NCBI RefSeq assembly: GCF_001194135.2
Contig: NC_068995.1
Span: 14,386,645 to 14,450,644 of the forward strand
Origin: Octopus bimaculoides
Taxonomy: Eukaryota
DNA: 64,000 nucleotides
Direction of reading: 5' to 3'
Below are positions 60,333-64,000 of this stretch, piece after piece. The first letter of the stretch is position 1; each line of letters opens with the position of its first letter. The notes beneath the pieces are model-generated. The model worked only from the letters and a program-made list of their open reading frames with translations, was not told where the DNA came from and made no database searches. Both the position numbers and the translations under genes were made by a program.

Positions 60333-60399
60333 AAATCAAAGGAAGAGACTACTATTCCCTTCAAACTTTGCACTCGTGACCTGGACATCAATGTTTTGA
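60333..60399 (+). CDS. Candidate terminal exon of the SAMD3-like gene (NQRKRLLFPSNFALVTWTSMF*)
   Basis: tttgcttctatctag|A fits phase 2 after a 104-nt intron. No homology support; the true last exon could lie elsewhere. Confidence 0.35.
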
Positions 60400-62744
60400 A
60401 ACTGACCTATTTTGCCATTACATTTCAGATAAATTCAGGACTGAGTTGCTGAAGCAGAAATATTCAATACCACAGATTTGCTTATCAGTTGCTTGACTTT
60501 AACCACTTGAGCATCTCTAATCATGAGCAGGAGTAGTGGAGAAGCCATGTGTTGAGAGGGATTCTTTGGGGTGTGAATAAATGTAACAAAAGTAAAGTTT
60601 GAAGGAAATATTAGCCATTTTCCATAATTTGTTGGGGTCAGCAAAGAGGAAATAACAGTTGCTACCCAAGGGCAAAAATTGTATTACACAGGGTCATTGT
60701 TGTAGTTGTCTGGCCTCAGGTTATCACCTGACTCAGCAGACCTGTCATCAAGGATGATCCAGCAATGGCCATCTGGTCTTTCTTTTGGATATTCCATATT
60801 TTATACTACATTATTTATTGTGTTCTCCAAAGCTATCCCCTCTCTACTGAAACCTCACTCAGTCAAAGTTGATTTTCATCTTGCAAGCTTCATGGCAACC
60901 TCACTGGTGCTTGTGCCACAGTAAAAAAAGCACCCAGTACACTCCATCAAATGGCTGACACAAGGAAGGCCATCCAGATGTAGAAGTCATGACAAAGCAG
61001 ACATTGGAGTATGATGTAGTCCCTGGATCTGTCAAATATTGTCAAACTATTCAACCCCTCCTTGCATGGAAGATGGATAAGATGATATTGCTGATAATGA
61101 TGATGATTTAGGGTGTAATTTGAGGATATTTAGCTACAATTTCTTGTAACGCAAATGATTATATAAAGCAGTTTTTCCCAATCTGATGTGCTAAAATTTA
61201 TTTCATTTGGGTGCTGGAAATTCAAATTAAACTTCAATTGTTTTTGACTACCACCACTACTGAGCATATAAGGAGGGTTTGTACCAGTTGAGTTGATTAG
61301 GCATTGAAGAAAGGTTGGATTAATAAAAAGTTAGGAAACACAAATGTAGAAGTTCCTTGTTTGGCTCAAGCTAAACAATGTTTTGTGTGTTGAGTTTGGG
61401 AATCTGTGTCAATGGTACACAAACTAGTTACATCTTTGGGTATGTACTAAATTATGAGTGTGAAGTATCTTGCCCACCTCAAAGTGCAGCTCTTGTTGCA
61501 GTGTTGTGGTTTCTATGCCTCAATGACCCTGAGAGCTATGTCATTGGAATGCAAGCTCCTTGTTGGTCAGCCCATGCTAGACAAGTCAAAGGATAGAGGC
61601 CAGATTAATATGGATCACTGCTTCCTAGAGGTAAAAGTAGGTTTGCATAGGGCCAACACATCTACCTAGAAAAAAGCAAAGTTAGAGAAGCATCGATAAT
61701 ATTTCAAAACCAACAAGACCTGGGAGAGGACATCCACATTTGATGCCCCAAAGTTAAGAACAGTGAAGGAAAGTTGTCAATGGCCTATGCTCTAGAGGGA
61801 AGAAAGTGCTTAAGGAAGAAATACTTGTGCTATATTATTAGGGCAGTAGTAATTGTAATTAATGCATGCTGCTTCTGCTTGCCACACTTTTGCTTTCATC
61901 TACAGTTACCAGCTAGTCCAATTTATTGGAGTGAAAGAAGAACTGAGTACATAAATATTTGGCTGATATGCAATCTCTCTACCATCAAGACATAACATCT
62001 GCACACAAGGTAACTGGGTACCTTGCAGTCCCAGGTTAAACTGTGAAGTATCTTGAAACAGCAGTGAGCCTAAGAGAGGTGTGTAGGTTCACTACCTTGG
62101 TATCACTCAACCACTGTTCCAGTTATTGATGTATATAGAATATCCAGGGCAGATGGGGCTCAACTAGAATGGCAACCTATTAAGAAAAAGGTCATTCTGT
62201 TGCTGCTCTGTATTGGATGTCACCTGAAAATCCTTCTGGAGGACTGAGATGGTTGGAGGTGCCACTGGAGGACTCCTCTGAAGACAACATAAATAAAAGC
62301 TAGCAATTTTGAGGAGTGGGGTTTAGTTGACCCCCAATATAAGACTGCTATTTATTAAAAATTTTGGCACTAGGCCAGCAATAGTAAATTTCATCAAAAA
62401 TTACCCATTTTTCTGAAAATTATGAGTAAAGAACTATGTCTCATGTGAATTTTTTGGAACTCCTCACCCCACTCTCGGGAAAATTTTTTCACCACATATA
62501 TTCCGATACAAACGGAATCTACACTATCTGACACGAATTTGTAGGAAATTCCATTAAAAAATATCCATTTTTCTGGACGTTATGAGGAAACAGTTGAGGG
62601 CACACATGTGTAGGAATGCCAAATTTTGTCGTAACTAGCATAAAAATAAATATTTATATGTGTGTGTGTGCGTGCACGCGTGAGTGCGTGTGTTGGCGAT
62701 CTTCGGATGTAAATACAAATTTTTGCAAGATCGATAATAAAACG

Positions 62745-63038
62745 AAAACAATCTGAAAAAATACGAAAATATACTTTGGTATCCCAAGTAAGCGAAAGGA
62801 ATATGCAAATGTTTAAAAGTCTCTTATTAAATCATTATTACAGATAATATTTTTAATTACGGAACAGCTTAATTTTCTGCACTTTATGCTGGCATCGTAA
62901 AAAAAGAAAATTTCATTGTTTTGCTTTCAATCTACGGAGAAATCTGTAATAATGACATTTAATGTGACAAACTTTTTCATTTTCGTTTCGCTTATTCGGG
63001 ATACCCAAGAGCATTTTTATATTTTCCTGGATTGTTTT
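62745..63038. repeat. Imperfect inverted repeat with about 100-bp arms
   Basis: Arms 62745-62845 and 62942-63038 (e.g. GGTATCCC..TAAGCGAAA and ATCATTATTACAGAT). Confidence 0.75.
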
Positions 63039-63304
63039 GATTTTTAGCCTATATAGCGAATTAAATATGTGTGTGTGTTTATTATTTACTTATTTATTTA
63101 CTTAGTGGGGTAAGCCCTTTAAATTTGTCATTTTCAACCTCATAATTATTCTCAATCTTACCGTTAATCTCGATCACTGTCTCTCGATTACGTCATTGTC
63201 AACTTTAATTTCGTCACCGTCAACTTCGATTACGCCGTTGACTTGAAATTTGCTATTGTCAACTTAAATTTAGTGTTTATTCGCCTCATTGTTCACCATC
63301 CATT

Positions 63305-63934
63305 ATGGTCAACGAGAAGAAGAAAATTTCAAATGATGTTAGAAGATTAATCGTGTCAAATTATAATGAAGGTCGTACTGTAACTGAAATCGCTTCCAAC
63401 TTAGTTATTCCTCGGACCAGTGTTCAAACTGTTGTTCAAATATATAAACAGGAAGGACGTATCGAGCAAAAAAATCGAGGATGTTGTCAAAGAACTAAAA
63501 TTTCGGAAGAAATGAAAAACTTCATGCGAACCTCAGTAGACAAAAAACGTCATATATCTTTAAGAATGCTGTCTAATATGGTTTTTGAACATTTTAATGT
63601 GAGTTTGTCAAAAACAAGCGTTGATAAGTGCCTTAAAAGTCTCAATTACACATTCAAAAGGTCTAATGGGATTTCTGAAAGAGCTTTAACTTCAGAAAAC
63701 TTTACACAGAGAAATAATTATACAAGAAAACGTCAAAATCATTTGACAGAAAAGTGTTGGAGTAAAAATGCTCTTATTGATGAAGTTGGGTTCAACACTT
63801 ACGCGAGATCTAAAAACGGTGGACGAAAAACTGGACAGTCTCCTGTGCAGAGAGTACATAGGTTGTGTACCCGAAATACAAGAGTATGTTGCACCACAAA
63901 CAAAAATCAAGAAATAAAGAAAAGGTTACTCTGA
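63305..63934 (+). mobile_element. IS630/Tc1-like transposase ORF, truncated (209 aa)
   Basis: N-terminal HTH (RRLIVSNYNEGRTVTEIASNL), winged-helix segment (SLRML...FNVSLSKTSVDKCLKSLNYTFKR) and first catalytic IDEVGFN; stops before the second D and the E. Confidence 0.8.
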
Positions 63935-64000
63935 TGTTATTTATTTTAATCTTTGTCTAATTGTATAAATTGTCCAGTATGTAGTTTTTCATCTAATGAA

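Overview
AT-rich, repeat-dense eukaryotic genomic DNA with 7 assembly gaps (942-1826, 14876-15515, 18963-19066, 34990-35891, 38231-38428, 39926-40208, 57811-57879). The SINE families, microsatellite load and large introns suggest a coleoid cephalopod, probably Octopus; this is inference, not a database result. Two head-to-head spliced genes could be rebuilt by hand with matching intron phases. (1) Minus strand: PUS7 (TruD-family pseudouridine synthase), 16 coding exons from 25939 down to 3550 (584 codons). Its terminal exon is not visible and its 5' UTR exon is unlocated. (2) Plus strand: a SAMD3-like gene (N-terminal SAM-like domain, long S/N/P/Q-rich linker, conserved C-terminal domain), coding exons 47493-60228, about 870-890 aa. 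The rest is tRNA-derived SINEs, RTE and R4/Dong-like LINE fragments, Tc1/mariner, pogo-, hAT- and piggyBac-like MITEs, and simple repeats. The most unusual observations are a tandemly duplicated PUS7 splice acceptor that would create a poison isoform, several unrelated fold-back elements that each carry a central (TTAGGG)n-like core, long intronic and promoter inverted repeats, and the SAMD3-like gene itself. Most short ORFs in the supplied track are microsatellite, repeat or N-gap artefacts.
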